Below, in pieces: positions 1-9,390 of a DNA stretch of 64,000 nt. The notes below the pieces were generated by a model. The model was not told where the DNA came from and made no database searches. It saw only the letters and a list, made by a program, of their open reading frames with translations. The stretch lies in contig CAVUWA010000010.1 in the NCBI GenBank assembly GCA_963744995.1, positions 384,001-448,000 on the forward strand. The letters run 5' to 3'. This stretch comes from Candidatus Eiseniibacteriota bacterium. GTDB lineage: Bacteria > Eisenbacteria > RBG-16-71-46. Numbering within the stretch: position 1 is the stretch's first letter; every line of letters starts with the position of its first letter. Both the position numbers and the translations under genes were made by a program.

Positions 1-182
1 GCGACATCCTGATCGCGCACTCCGCCACCTACCGGTTCCGCGATCACGGCATCGACTGGGACTACGCCGGACGCAGCGCTTCGATGCGCACGATGCACCT
101 GTCCGGCTCGACCCGATTCGTTCCACCGGATCCGGCGCCGGCGGCCGATCCCGCGCCCCCTGCCGGACATCACCACCCCTAG
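1..182 (+). CDS. 3' end of a CDS truncated by the window edge, possibly DUF1326 family
   Basis: Frame from position 3 is open to TAG at 180-182: DILIAHSATYRFRDHGIDWDYAGRSASMRTMHLSG...; resembles DUF1326 C-termini as I recall them. Confidence 0.5.
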   Translation, partial: DILIAHSATYRFRDHGIDWDYAGRSASMRTMHLSGSTRFVPPDPAPAADPAPPAGHHHP

Positions 183-228
183 TCGCGGCGCGCCGGTCCG
201 GCCGACCCGCACGGAAAGGAAACCCCTC

Positions 229-1299
229 ATGGACACCAGAACCTTCGACAACGTGAAATCCGAACGCTTCGGCGAGCGGCTCGTCGGCCTCATGAACGGC
301 GCGGCGATCTCGCTGATGACCTCGATCGGTCATCGCACCGGCCTGTTCGATGCGATGCGCGGGATGCCGCCGGCCTCCGGCGACGAGATCGCCGCACGGG
401 CGCAGCTCCACCCGCGCTACGTGCGGGAGTGGCTCGACTGCATGGTCACCGGCGCGGTGGTCGAGTACGAGCCGGCGACCGCGCGCTACGCGCTGCCGGA
501 CGAGCACGCCGCGTGGCTCACGCGGGCCGCGGCGCCGAACAACGTCGCGGTCATGGCGCAGTACTTCCCGCAGCTCGGCGCGGTCGAGGACGAGCTGATC
601 GGATGCTTCCGCGACGGCGGCGGCGTGCCGTACGCGTCGTTCGAACGCTTCCACGAGATCATGGCCGAGGACAGCGGCCAGACCGTGCTGCCGGCGATCT
701 TCGACCACATCCTGCCGCTGGTGCCCGGCATCGAGCAGCGTCTCTCGAGGGGCATCGACGTGCTCGACATCGGCTGCGGCCGAGGGCTGGCGCTGATGCT
801 CATGGCGGACCGCTTCCCGCACAGCCGTTTCACCGGCTACGACCTGTCGGCCGAGGCGATCGACTGGGCGCGCGCCGAGGCGGCACGCAGGGGGCTCGCG
901 AACCTGCGTTTCGAGGTGCGTGACCTGACCGGCTTCGAGCAGCCGCAGGCGTTCGATCTGGTCACCGCGTTCGACGCGGTCCACGACCAGGCGAAGCCGG
1001 CGAACGTGCTGCGCGGTGTGCGCGGGACGCTGCGCCCGGGCGGCGTGTTCCTCATGCAGGACATCGCCGGATCGAGCCACGTCCACCACAACATGGAGCA
1101 TCCGATCGGCGCGCTGATGTACGCGATCTCGTGCATGCACTGCATGACCGTCTCGCTCGCCCAGGGCGGCGACGGGCTCGGCGCCATGTGGGGCCAGGAG
1201 CGGGCGGAAATCATGCTGCGCGAGGCGGGGTTCGGTGGGGTCGCGATCCATCGTCTGCCGCACGACATCCAGAACTGCTATTACGTGTGCCGGCCGTGA
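229..1299 (+). CDS. Class I SAM-dependent methyltransferase with N-terminal winged-helix domain (Rv2258c-like)
   Basis: VLDIGCGRG motif I; FDAVHD; LRPGG; C-terminal SCMHCMTVSLAQGGDGLGAMWG; GGAAAGGA upstream. Confidence 0.9.
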   Translation: MDTRTFDNVKSERFGERLVGLMNGAAISLMTSIGHRTGLFDAMRGMPPASGDEIAARAQLHPRYVREWLDCMVTGAVVEYEPATARYALPDEHAAWLTRAAAPNNVAVMAQYFPQLGAVEDELIGCFRDGGGVPYASFERFHEIMAEDSGQTVLPAIFDHILPLVPGIEQRLSRGIDVLDIGCGRGLALMLMADRFPHSRFTGYDLSAEAIDWARAEAARRGLANLRFEVRDLTGFEQPQAFDLVTAFDAVHDQAKPANVLRGVRGTLRPGGVFLMQDIAGSSHVHHNMEHPIGALMYAISCMHCMTVSLAQGGDGLGAMWGQERAEIMLREAGFGGVAIHRLPHDIQNCYYVCRP

Positions 1300-1314
1300 G
1301 GCCGGCACGCGGCG

Positions 1315-1950
1315 CTAGCCGTCGCGCCGCACCCCCGGTCCGCCCGGCGGTGCGGCGCGCGCCATCATCCCCTGGAGCCGTGCCCTGACGCCCGGCCACT
1401 CCCCGGCGAGAACGCTGAAGTAGACCGAGTCGCGCAGGCGTCCGTCTGCACACACCATGTGGTGGCGGAGAATCCCCTCCTGCGTCGCGCCGATGCGGAG
1501 AATGGCGGCGCGCGAGCGCCCATTGAGCGCGTCGGTCTTGAGCTCGACGCGGACGCAGTCCCAGCTTTCGAAAGCGTGCCGCAGCATCAGGAACTTGGCT
1601 TCGGTGTTGAGCGCGGTGCGCTGAAACTCGGGCGCCAGCCAGGTCCAGCCGATCTCCACGCGCCGGTGGGCCGCCTGGATCTCACCGAAGCGGGTGCTCC
1701 CGGCGATGCGTCCCGAAGCGCGATGGACGGTCGCGAACGGCAGGGCCGAGCCCGCGGCGCGCGCGGCGAGAGCCGCCTCGACGTAGCGCCGCATGTCGTC
1801 GGAGGTGCGCACGGGCTCCGGCGCGACGCGCCAGATGGCGGGATCGAGCCCGACCGCGGAGAGGCCTTCCAGGTGACCGGGATCGAGCGCCTCGAGGCGG
1901 ACGTGGCGCCCCTCCAGCACCAGGTTCCCGCGGGTGTCGATCGGCGTCAT
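1315..1950 (-). CDS. GNAT family N-acetyltransferase (RimJ/RimL-like)
   Basis: LEGRHVRLEAL, RVEIGWTWL, NTEAKFLMLRHAFE, RVELKTDALNGRSRAAILRIGA; start MTPIDT lies 7 nt after a TATCAT -10 element. Confidence 0.9.
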   Translation of the reverse strand: MTPIDTRGNLVLEGRHVRLEALDPGHLEGLSAVGLDPAIWRVAPEPVRTSDDMRRYVEAALAARAAGSALPFATVHRASGRIAGSTRFGEIQAAHRRVEIGWTWLAPEFQRTALNTEAKFLMLRHAFESWDCVRVELKTDALNGRSRAAILRIGATQEGILRHHMVCADGRLRDSVYFSVLAGEWPGVRARLQGMMARAAPPGGPGVRRDG

Positions 1951-2046
1951 GCGGCGCATGATAGCCGCGGGCACGACGTCGCGCCCGTCAAGGCCGGCCG
2001 GCCGCCTGCGCGGGCGCGCCGCAGCCACGGCGGGCCGCCCGTGCCG

Positions 2047-2433
2047 CTAGCCCTCGACCTCGGCGTCGGCCTCGATCTCGATCAGCATCGCCGGATCGAT
2101 CAGCCGCCGGACTTCGACCATCGTCGAGGCCGGCCGGACCTCGCCGAAGTACTCGCCGTGCACCCGGGCGATTTCCTCCCAGCGCGTGATGTCGGTGACG
2201 AACATGCGCGTGCGGACGACGTGCTCGAGATCGGCGCCGAGCGCCCGCAGCGCGGCATGGATCTTCGCCAGCGCCGCGCGGGTCTGCGCCGCGGCGTCGC
2301 CCGGATGCAGCACGGTTCCGTCTTCGCCGGTCGCGGTCGTGCCGGCGACGTGGATGCGATTCCCGGACCGTATCGCGCGCGAATAGCCGGCCACGGGCTC
2401 CCACGGGGCGTTCGTCGAAAACGTCCTACGCAT
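2047..2433 (-). CDS. RidA/YjgF family protein
   Basis: WEPVAGYSRA, HVVRTRMFVTDI, RPASTMVEV, LIEIEADA. Confidence 0.9.
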   Translation of the reverse strand: MRRTFSTNAPWEPVAGYSRAIRSGNRIHVAGTTATGEDGTVLHPGDAAAQTRAALAKIHAALRALGADLEHVVRTRMFVTDITRWEEIARVHGEYFGEVRPASTMVEVRRLIDPAMLIEIEADAEVEG

Positions 2434-3301
2434 CGGGGCCTCCGTGCGCGAGGCGCGGCGCCGGAGCGACGCGCGCGCCGCGGTCGCGCGCCGCATGAAA
2501 CGCGCTGCTTGCCGCGTACACGAGGACCGTGATCAGGATCACCAGCGGTCCGGTGGGGATCTGCAGGTTCCAGCGATCCGACAGCGCATAGGCCAGCCAC
2601 AGCCCCGACGTGGTGCACAATGCGCCGATCGCGATCGCCAGCAGCATCATGCGCTGCAGGCTGCTGGTCCACTGCCGCGCCATCGCGGCCGGGATCGTCA
2701 GCAGCGCGATCACCAGGATCACCCCGACGACGCGGATCAGCGTCACGACGGCCAGCGCGATCAGCGCCAGCATCAGCTGCAGCACCGGCCCGACCGGGAC
2801 GCCCATCACCTGTGCGAAGTCTTCGTCGAACGCGACGGCGCGGAACTCCTTGAACAGCAGGATCACCGCGGCCACGATCAGCAGATCGAGCGCGAGCGAG
2901 ATCCAGACGAACGTCGCCGGCACGAACAGGATGCTGCCGAACAGATAGCTCATCAGGTCCGGGGCGTACCCGGGCGCGAGCGACACGAACACGATCCCGA
3001 GCGCCATTCCCACCGACCACGCGATCGCGATCAGGGTGTCGAGAGACGAACGGAAGCGCCGGTAGGCGATGCCCATCCCCGCGGCCGAGGCGAGGGCGAA
3101 GCCGGCGGCACCGAGCATCGGATCGAACCCCAGCAGGTAGCCGAGGCCGACGCCGCCGAACGCCGCGTGCGACAGGCCGCCCGAGATCGAAGCCATGCGC
3201 TTCACCACCACGAACGAGCCCACGATCCCGCAGGCGACGCTGGCGAGCAGGCCGGCGATCAGCGCGCGCTGGAAGAACGGCAGGGACAGGGCTTCCATCA
3301 T
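2426..3301 (-). CDS. znuB: Zn/Mn ABC transporter permease (ABC-3 family)
   Basis: Hydrophobic; GLSHAAFGG, DLMSYLFGSIL, VGVILVIALLTIPAA; overlaps neighbouring genes. Confidence 0.88.
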   Translation of the reverse strand: MMEALSLPFFQRALIAGLLASVACGIVGSFVVVKRMASISGGLSHAAFGGVGLGYLLGFDPMLGAAGFALASAAGMGIAYRRFRSSLDTLIAIAWSVGMALGIVFVSLAPGYAPDLMSYLFGSILFVPATFVWISLALDLLIVAAVILLFKEFRAVAFDEDFAQVMGVPVGPVLQLMLALIALAVVTLIRVVGVILVIALLTIPAAMARQWTSSLQRMMLLAIAIGALCTTSGLWLAYALSDRWNLQIPTGPLVILITVLVYAASSAFHAARDRGARVAPAPRLAHGGPDA

Positions 3302-4107
3302 CGCGGCGCGGTGCCTTCCGGATGGTCTTCCAGCACCACGTGCGAGTGGCGGTGGATCACGAAGTCCACGGGACAGCCGTAGGCCTCCTCCACCATCTCG
3401 CGCGTGATCTCTTTCGAGTGGTGGTAGTGCAACGTGCGGTTGAGGCAGGCGACGCTGCGCACGTACTTCGACATCACGCTGAGGTCGTGCGAGACGAGCA
3501 CGATCGTCATGCGTTCGGAGAGCCGCTTCAGCAGCTCGTAGAAACCGCCCACTACCGACGAATCGAGGCTCGCCGTCGGCTCGTCGAGCAGCAGCAGCCG
3601 CGCGTCCGTCGCGAGACCCCGTGCGATCAGCACGCGCTGCAGCTGGCCGCCGGAAAGCTTGCCGATCTCGCGCCCGGCCAGATGCTCGGCCTGTACTTCG
3701 GCGAGCGCCTGCATCGCGCGCTCGCGGTCCGCGACCGTATGCCGCCGCAACATGCGGCGCGCGCCGAGCCGCCCGAGCTTCACGACGTCGAGCACGCGGA
3801 TCGGGAAACGCGGGTCGAAGGGCGGATACTGCGGCACGTACGCGAACGCTCCGCCGGCCTGCTCGGGCGGCTGCCCGAAGATCCGCACCGTGCCGCGGTC
3901 CGGTTTGATGAGCCCGAGGATCACCTTGAGCAGCACGCTCTTGCCGCCGCCGTTCGGGCCGATGATGCCCACGAACTCGCCCGGTTCGATCGAGAGCGTG
4001 ACGTCCTCGAGCGCCGTCGCGCCGCGGAACGACAGCCAGACGTGGCGGACGTCGATCGCCGGCAGCGTGCCCCCGCCGAACGCCCTCGCGCGTGCCGCTT
4101 CACTCAT
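3298..4107 (-). CDS. znuC: Zn/Mn ABC transporter ATP-binding protein
   Basis: Walker A GPNGGGKS, LSGGQLQR, LLLLDEPT; His-rich C-terminus (YGCPVDFVIHRHSH). Confidence 0.9.
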   Translation of the reverse strand: MSEAARARAFGGGTLPAIDVRHVWLSFRGATALEDVTLSIEPGEFVGIIGPNGGGKSVLLKVILGLIKPDRGTVRIFGQPPEQAGGAFAYVPQYPPFDPRFPIRVLDVVKLGRLGARRMLRRHTVADRERAMQALAEVQAEHLAGREIGKLSGGQLQRVLIARGLATDARLLLLDEPTASLDSSVVGGFYELLKRLSERMTIVLVSHDLSVMSKYVRSVACLNRTLHYHHSKEITREMVEEAYGCPVDFVIHRHSHVVLEDHPEGTAPR

Positions 4108-4957
4108 CGGTGCATCCCTCCCGGATCGCCTGCGCGACGTGCCGCAGATTTTCGTCCCAGTCCGCGGCCAGAGGATCGAGCGTCACCACCTGCGCGCCGA
4201 TCTCGCCCGCCACCAGCCGTGCGCCGCTCGCGCTGGTCTGCGGCTGCACGAATACCCGGCGCACGCCGGCGGCCCGCGCCGTCTCGATGATGCGCGCCAG
4301 ATCCGCAGGCGCGGGCACCTTGCCGTCGTGTTCGATGGCAATCTGCCGGAGTCCGTAGGACTCCGCAAAGTACCCCCATGCCGGGTGGAAGACGAGGAAG
4401 CTTCGGTTCCGGCACGGCGCCAGCGTCCGGCGGATGTCGCGATCGAGGCCGTCGAGCTCCGCCTCGAGCCCCCGCAGCCGCCTGCCGATCTCCTGCGCTT
4501 CGGCCGGCAGGATCTTCGCGAGCGCCCCTGCGGTGTGAATGGCCATCGTGCGCATCGCGTCCACCGACGTCCAGAGATGCGGATCGCCGCTCAGCCGCGC
4601 CACGCCGCGTGCACCATCCACGACGAGGAGGCCGGGGTTTTCGGCCAGGAAGCGGTCGAACCAGACGCGTTCGAAGGCGAAGTGCGGGTGCCCGACCTTG
4701 ACGTAGATCGTGGCGTGCGCCGCCGCGCGCATCTGCCGCATCGTCGGCTCGTAGGTGTGCGGATCCGCGCCGGGCGGCACCATGACCTCGACCTGCACGA
4801 GATCGCCGGCGAGCCGCTCGACCAGCCAGCCCTGCGGCGGCACCGAGACGAGCACCACCGGGCGGGCCGGCGCCTTCGCGCGCGCGCAGGCGGCGAGCGA
4901 CAGGGCGGCCAGCAGAGCGGCGAGCAGCGGGCGCGCGAGGGGTCGGGACGGTGTCAT
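4100..4957 (-). CDS. znuA: Zn/Mn ABC transporter substrate-binding lipoprotein
   Basis: Lipobox LAAC; ADPHTYEP, DPHLW, FLVFHPAWGYFA. Confidence 0.9.
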   Translation of the reverse strand: MTPSRPLARPLLAALLAALSLAACARAKAPARPVVLVSVPPQGWLVERLAGDLVQVEVMVPPGADPHTYEPTMRQMRAAAHATIYVKVGHPHFAFERVWFDRFLAENPGLLVVDGARGVARLSGDPHLWTSVDAMRTMAIHTAGALAKILPAEAQEIGRRLRGLEAELDGLDRDIRRTLAPCRNRSFLVFHPAWGYFAESYGLRQIAIEHDGKVPAPADLARIIETARAAGVRRVFVQPQTSASGARLVAGEIGAQVVTLDPLAADWDENLRHVAQAIREGCTDE

Positions 4958-5067
4958 GGGCGTTTCCGGCGGGCACGGCCCGCGCGGACGCGCAGCCTAG
5001 CCTGCATGGGGGCCGGCGTCCATCGACCCCGCGCGGCGGCCGGACGCCGCGCGGGACCGGCCGGGGC

Positions 5068-5580
5068 TCAGTCGTTTCGATCGAGCGCGAGGCTCATGAA
5101 CGTCTCGTCGGCGTAGCGACCGTGCCAGCCGATCGAGCGCGGTTCCGTGCCCCAGGCCCGAAAGCCTGCGGCCTCGTACAGGCGCCGGGCGAGGACGGCC
5201 TCGGCCGACACGCTCAGCTCGATCTTCGCGACGCCCTCCCATCCGCGCGCCTCCGCGATCAGCGCATCGAGCAGCAGCCGTCCGGCGCCGCGACCGCGCG
5301 CGGCCGGCGCGACGTACATGCCCCAGACGACGGCCTTGTGGCGGTGCTTGCGTCCGGCCTCGCGCACCAGTCCGGCCATGCCCGACAGCGTCCCGCCCTC
5401 GAACGCGCCGAAGACGGCACGGTCCGGGGCCGCTGCGAGCGCCGTCACCACCGCTTCGAGCGTGCGCAGGCGATCGTCCTCGGGCGCCGCGCCGAACGCG
5501 AACGGATGCGCCTCGAGCGCTGCGCGGCGCATGGCGTGCAGCGCCGGGGCGTCGTCCGCCCCGAGCCGCCGGATCGTCAC
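5068..5580 (-). CDS. GNAT family N-acetyltransferase
   Basis: GTG start overlaps metH stop (GTGA); KHRHKAVVWGMYVAPAARGRGAGRLLL, ARRLYEAAGF. Confidence 0.85.
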   Translation of the reverse strand: MTIRRLGADDAPALHAMRRAALEAHPFAFGAAPEDDRLRTLEAVVTALAAAPDRAVFGAFEGGTLSGMAGLVREAGRKHRHKAVVWGMYVAPAARGRGAGRLLLDALIAEARGWEGVAKIELSVSAEAVLARRLYEAAGFRAWGTEPRSIGWHGRYADETFMSLALDRND

Positions 5581-8500
5581 ACCTTCACCATGTAGTACAC
5601 GGCGGCGGGGTGATGCACGATCAGGGCGCTGGTCGAAGCCTCGGGCACGAGCTGGTAGGCGGAGGTCAGTGACACGCCGATCGCCTGCTCGGGAGAGAGC
5701 AGCCGGAACAGCTTCGCCTGATCGGCGAGATCCGGGCACGCACTGTAGCCGAACGAGTAGCGCTTGCCGCGCTCGTCGCCGAGGCCCAGCTCCGCGCGGA
5801 TCTTCCGGTGGTGCCACTCCGCCAGTCCCTCGGCCGCCGACACCGCCAGGCCGTGCACGAACAGCGCGCGGCTGTACTCGCCACGCTGATCGAGCGTCTC
5901 CTTCAGCTGGTCCGCGCCGCCGCCCACCGTGACGACCTGGAACGCGATCACGTCGAACCTGCTGCTGCGGACCGGCATGAAGTAGTCGGACAGGCAGAGG
6001 CCCTCGCGCTCGGTCTGGCGCGGAAAGGTGAAGCGCGCCACCTCCTCGATCTTGCCGCGCGGCGTGAGCGCCCCCCCGGCAAAGGCGGACGGATCGTAGA
6101 GCACCAGGTCCTGATCCGCGCTCTGGCACGGGAAGTAGCCATAGACCGCCATCGGCCTGAGCCACCCCCTGGCTTCGGCGTCCCGCTGCAGCTCGAGCCG
6201 CGTCGGCTCGAACTCCTCGCGGATCAGCTTCTCGAACGTCTCTCCCGAGCCGCGTGCTCCCCAGTGCAGGCGATAGAGCGTCTTGAGATCCATGCCCTCG
6301 AACATGCCCTGGAATGGAATCTCGCGGGACGGGGTGGTCTTCGCGCCCCAGAACGGCGGCGCCGGAATCGTCACGTCGCGCGTCACGGTGACCTTGAAGT
6401 CCTGCTGCTTCTCGCGCGACGCCTGCGCCCGCGACTCGAGCTGCGACGACTGCGTCTTGAACTCGAACGCCTCGCGGCGGGCGCGCTCGAGCAGCGTCGC
6501 GCGCTGGCCGCCGTCGGCGAGCGCGTTCACGGTATCGAGCCCCTCGAACGCGTCCTTGCAGTAGAACACGCCGGGCTCGTAGAACACCTCGCCGTCGACC
6601 AGGGCCGCGCGGCGGCCGAAGTTGCGGTTGATCGCCGCGCCGCCGATCAGCACCGGGTACGGAAGGTTCGCGCGATGCAGCTCGTTCACGCAGATCGGCA
6701 TCTGCTTGCTGGTCGAGACCAGCAGCGCCGACAGTCCGATCGCCGTGGCGTCCACTTCCTTCGCCTTGTCGATGATCGTCTGCACCGGCGTCTGCTTGCC
6801 GAGGTCGAACACGGTGTAGCCGTTGTTCGAGAGGATGGTCTTCACCAGGTTCTTGCCGATGTCGTGCACGTCGCCGTACACGGTGGCCAGTACGACGCGG
6901 CCTTTCGATACGTCGGCGTTCTTTTCCAGGTAGTTCTCGAGGCGCGCGACCGCCTTCTTCATGACCTCGGCGCTCTGCAGCACGAACGGCAGGATCAGCT
7001 CGCCGGCGCCGAACTTGTCGCCGACCTCCTTCATCGCCGGCAGCAGCACGGTGTTCAGCACCTTCACGGCGTCCTGGTTCTTCACCGCGGCGTCGATCAG
7101 CGCCTCGATGCCCGCCGGTTTCCGGTGCAGGATCTGGTAGTGGATCTTCTCCTCGACCGTCATCGAGGCCTCTTCGGCCTCCTCTTCCTTCTCGCGGTCG
7201 GCGGCGGTGCGGCCTTCGAAGTGCTCGATGAACGCCTGCAGCGCGTCCGCGCGCCGGTTGAAGATCAGATCCTCGGCGGTCTGGCGGTCGGCCGCGGCGA
7301 TCTCGGCGTACGGTCTGACGTGCGCCGGATTCACGATCGCCATGTCGAGCCCGGCCTGCACGCAGTGGTAGAGGAACACCGAGTTGAGCACGGCGCGCGC
7401 CTCCACGCCGAGCCCGAACGACACGTTCGACACGCCGAGGCTGGTCAGCACGCCGGGCAGCTCCGCCTTGATGCGGCGGATGCCCTCGATCGTCTCGATC
7501 GCCGAATTCAGGAACTCTTCGTCGCCGGTCGCCAGCGTGAACGTGAGGTCGTCGAACACCAGCCGCCCGGGCGGCAGGCCGTATTCCTTCGTCACGATGT
7601 CGTGGATCGTGCGTGCGACCTCGAGCTTGCGCCCGGCGGTCTTCGCCATCCCGGCCGGATCGATCGTCAGCGCGATCACCGCCGCGCCGTACTTCATCAC
7701 CAGCGGCATCACCGCGTCGATCCGCTCGCGCCCGTTCTCCATGTTGATGGAGTTGATGAGCGGCGCTCCGGGGCAGGCCTTGAGCGCCTCCTCGATCACG
7801 TTCGCCTCGGTCGAATCGATCACCAGCGGCGCCTCGACCGACAGCGACAGCTTCTTGACGAGCCGGCGCATCTGCGCGGCCTCGTCGGTGCGCTCGGTGA
7901 GCGCCATGCACACGTCCAGCGAGTGCGCGCCACCCTCGACCTGCGTGCGTGCGACCGGAATCATGGATTCGATGTCGTCGTCGAGCGCCAGCTGCTTCAC
8001 CTTGCGCGAGCCCTGCGTGTTGAGGCGCTCCCCGATCAGGTGCGGTGCGGGCTCCTGCACGAGCGACGTCGCGGTCATCCCGCTCGATAGCGACCAGCCG
8101 CCCCGGGCGGGACGCGGCGCCGGCCGGCGCCCGTGGCCGATGGCCGCAACCAGCGCGCGGATGTGATCCGGTGTCGTGCCGCAGCAGCCGCCGACGATGT
8201 TCACGCCGAACTCGGTGACGAATTCGTGCAGCGTCTCCGCCATCGGCGCGGGCTGCATCGGGTACACGGTGCGGCCGCCGTCGTTGATCGGCAGTCCGGC
8301 GTTGGGGATCACGTGGAACGGCGTCGTCGCGTACTCCGACAGGTAGCGCACCGGGTCGCGCATGAGGTCCGGTCCCGTCGAGCAGTTGAGCCCGACGATG
8401 TCCAGCGCCATCGCCTCGAGCGTGGCCAGCGCGCCCCGGATGTCGGTGCCCAGCAGCATGCGGCCGGTCGGATCGAGCGTCACCGACGCCATCAGCGGCA

Positions 8501-9074
8501 GGCGCTTCCCGATCGCCGCGAACGCCTCGCGGCACGCGAGAACCTGGGCTTTCATCTCGAGGATGTCCTGGCAGGTCTCGAGGATCAGCACGTCGGCGCC
8601 GCCCTCGACCAGCCCGCGCGCCTGCACCTCGAACGCGGGGATCAGCTCCTCGAGACCGTACTTGCCGAGATCCGGATCCTCGGATGACGGCAGCATTCCG
8701 GAGGGGCCCATCGAGCCCGCGACGAAGCGCGGCCGCCCGTCCTGCTTCTCGAAGCGATCCGCCACGCGGCGCGCGATCGAGGCGGCGGCATGATTGATCT
8801 CGTGCGTGCGCTCGCCGAGTTCCCACTCTTCGAGTCTGAGCCGCGCGGCCTGGAACGAGTTGGTCTCGACGACGTCGGCGCCGCTCTCGAAATAGGTCGT
8901 ATGAATCGCCTCGACCACGTCGGGCCGCGTGATCGACAGGTAGTCGTTGCAGCCCTCCCAGCGCTGGCCGCCGAAGTCGTCGGGACCGAGCTCGCGGGCC
9001 TGCAGCTGCGTGCCCATGGCGCCGTCGAAGATGAGCACGTTGTCTTTGAGAACGTCGAGGAACCGGCTGTTCAA
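5577..9074 (-). CDS. metH: Cobalamin-dependent methionine synthase
   Basis: DGAMGT, GLNCSTGP, GGCCGTTPDHI (Hcy/Zn domain); IGERLN pterin domain; GDVHDIGKNLV B12 motif; C-terminal activation domain RYSFGYSACPDL; probable TTG start at 9074. Confidence 0.96.
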   Translation of the reverse strand: MNSRFLDVLKDNVLIFDGAMGTQLQARELGPDDFGGQRWEGCNDYLSITRPDVVEAIHTTYFESGADVVETNSFQAARLRLEEWELGERTHEINHAAASIARRVADRFEKQDGRPRFVAGSMGPSGMLPSSEDPDLGKYGLEELIPAFEVQARGLVEGGADVLILETCQDILEMKAQVLACREAFAAIGKRLPLMASVTLDPTGRMLLGTDIRGALATLEAMALDIVGLNCSTGPDLMRDPVRYLSEYATTPFHVIPNAGLPINDGGRTVYPMQPAPMAETLHEFVTEFGVNIVGGCCGTTPDHIRALVAAIGHGRRPAPRPARGGWSLSSGMTATSLVQEPAPHLIGERLNTQGSRKVKQLALDDDIESMIPVARTQVEGGAHSLDVCMALTERTDEAAQMRRLVKKLSLSVEAPLVIDSTEANVIEEALKACPGAPLINSINMENGRERIDAVMPLVMKYGAAVIALTIDPAGMAKTAGRKLEVARTIHDIVTKEYGLPPGRLVFDDLTFTLATGDEEFLNSAIETIEGIRRIKAELPGVLTSLGVSNVSFGLGVEARAVLNSVFLYHCVQAGLDMAIVNPAHVRPYAEIAAADRQTAEDLIFNRRADALQAFIEHFEGRTAADREKEEEAEEASMTVEEKIHYQILHRKPAGIEALIDAAVKNQDAVKVLNTVLLPAMKEVGDKFGAGELILPFVLQSAEVMKKAVARLENYLEKNADVSKGRVVLATVYGDVHDIGKNLVKTILSNNGYTVFDLGKQTPVQTIIDKAKEVDATAIGLSALLVSTSKQMPICVNELHRANLPYPVLIGGAAINRNFGRRAALVDGEVFYEPGVFYCKDAFEGLDTVNALADGGQRATLLERARREAFEFKTQSSQLESRAQASREKQQDFKVTVTRDVTIPAPPFWGAKTTPSREIPFQGMFEGMDLKTLYRLHWGARGSGETFEKLIREEFEPTRLELQRDAEARGWLRPMAVYGYFPCQSADQDLVLYDPSAFAGGALTPRGKIEEVARFTFPRQTEREGLCLSDYFMPVRSSRFDVIAFQVVTVGGGADQLKETLDQRGEYSRALFVHGLAVSAAEGLAEWHHRKIRAELGLGDERGKRYSFGYSACPDLADQAKLFRLLSPEQAIGVSLTSAYQLVPEASTSALIVHHPAAVYYMVKV

Positions 9075-9390
9075 TGGATTGAAGGCGATGCTCCCGGAGT
9101 GAAGGTTGGAGGTGCGGATGAGGCATGAAGGGTAGCCAACGGCCCCACGGGCGGCAAACGCGGCGACCGGAGGGCCGGCCCGGAGCCTGAAAGTCCGCCC
9201 GCGGCGCGGGGTTGGAGCGACACCGCGGAGCGGCTGCGGCGCGCCGGTGGCCGGGACGCGCCCGGCACGCCACCCCGGCGTTGACGCGAGCGGCGAGTCG
9301 CGCGAAACTTGCAGACGGATCGGGTTGGAACCGCGCCCGGTGGGCCGCCGTACGGCCCCGCATCGCGCGGCAGATGAACGAGGTATTCCG

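Noticed and set aside
9075..9390. SAM or cobalamin riboswitch upstream of metH
   Set aside because: No SAM-I core or B12-box consensus recognisable; the region looks like a divergent promoter
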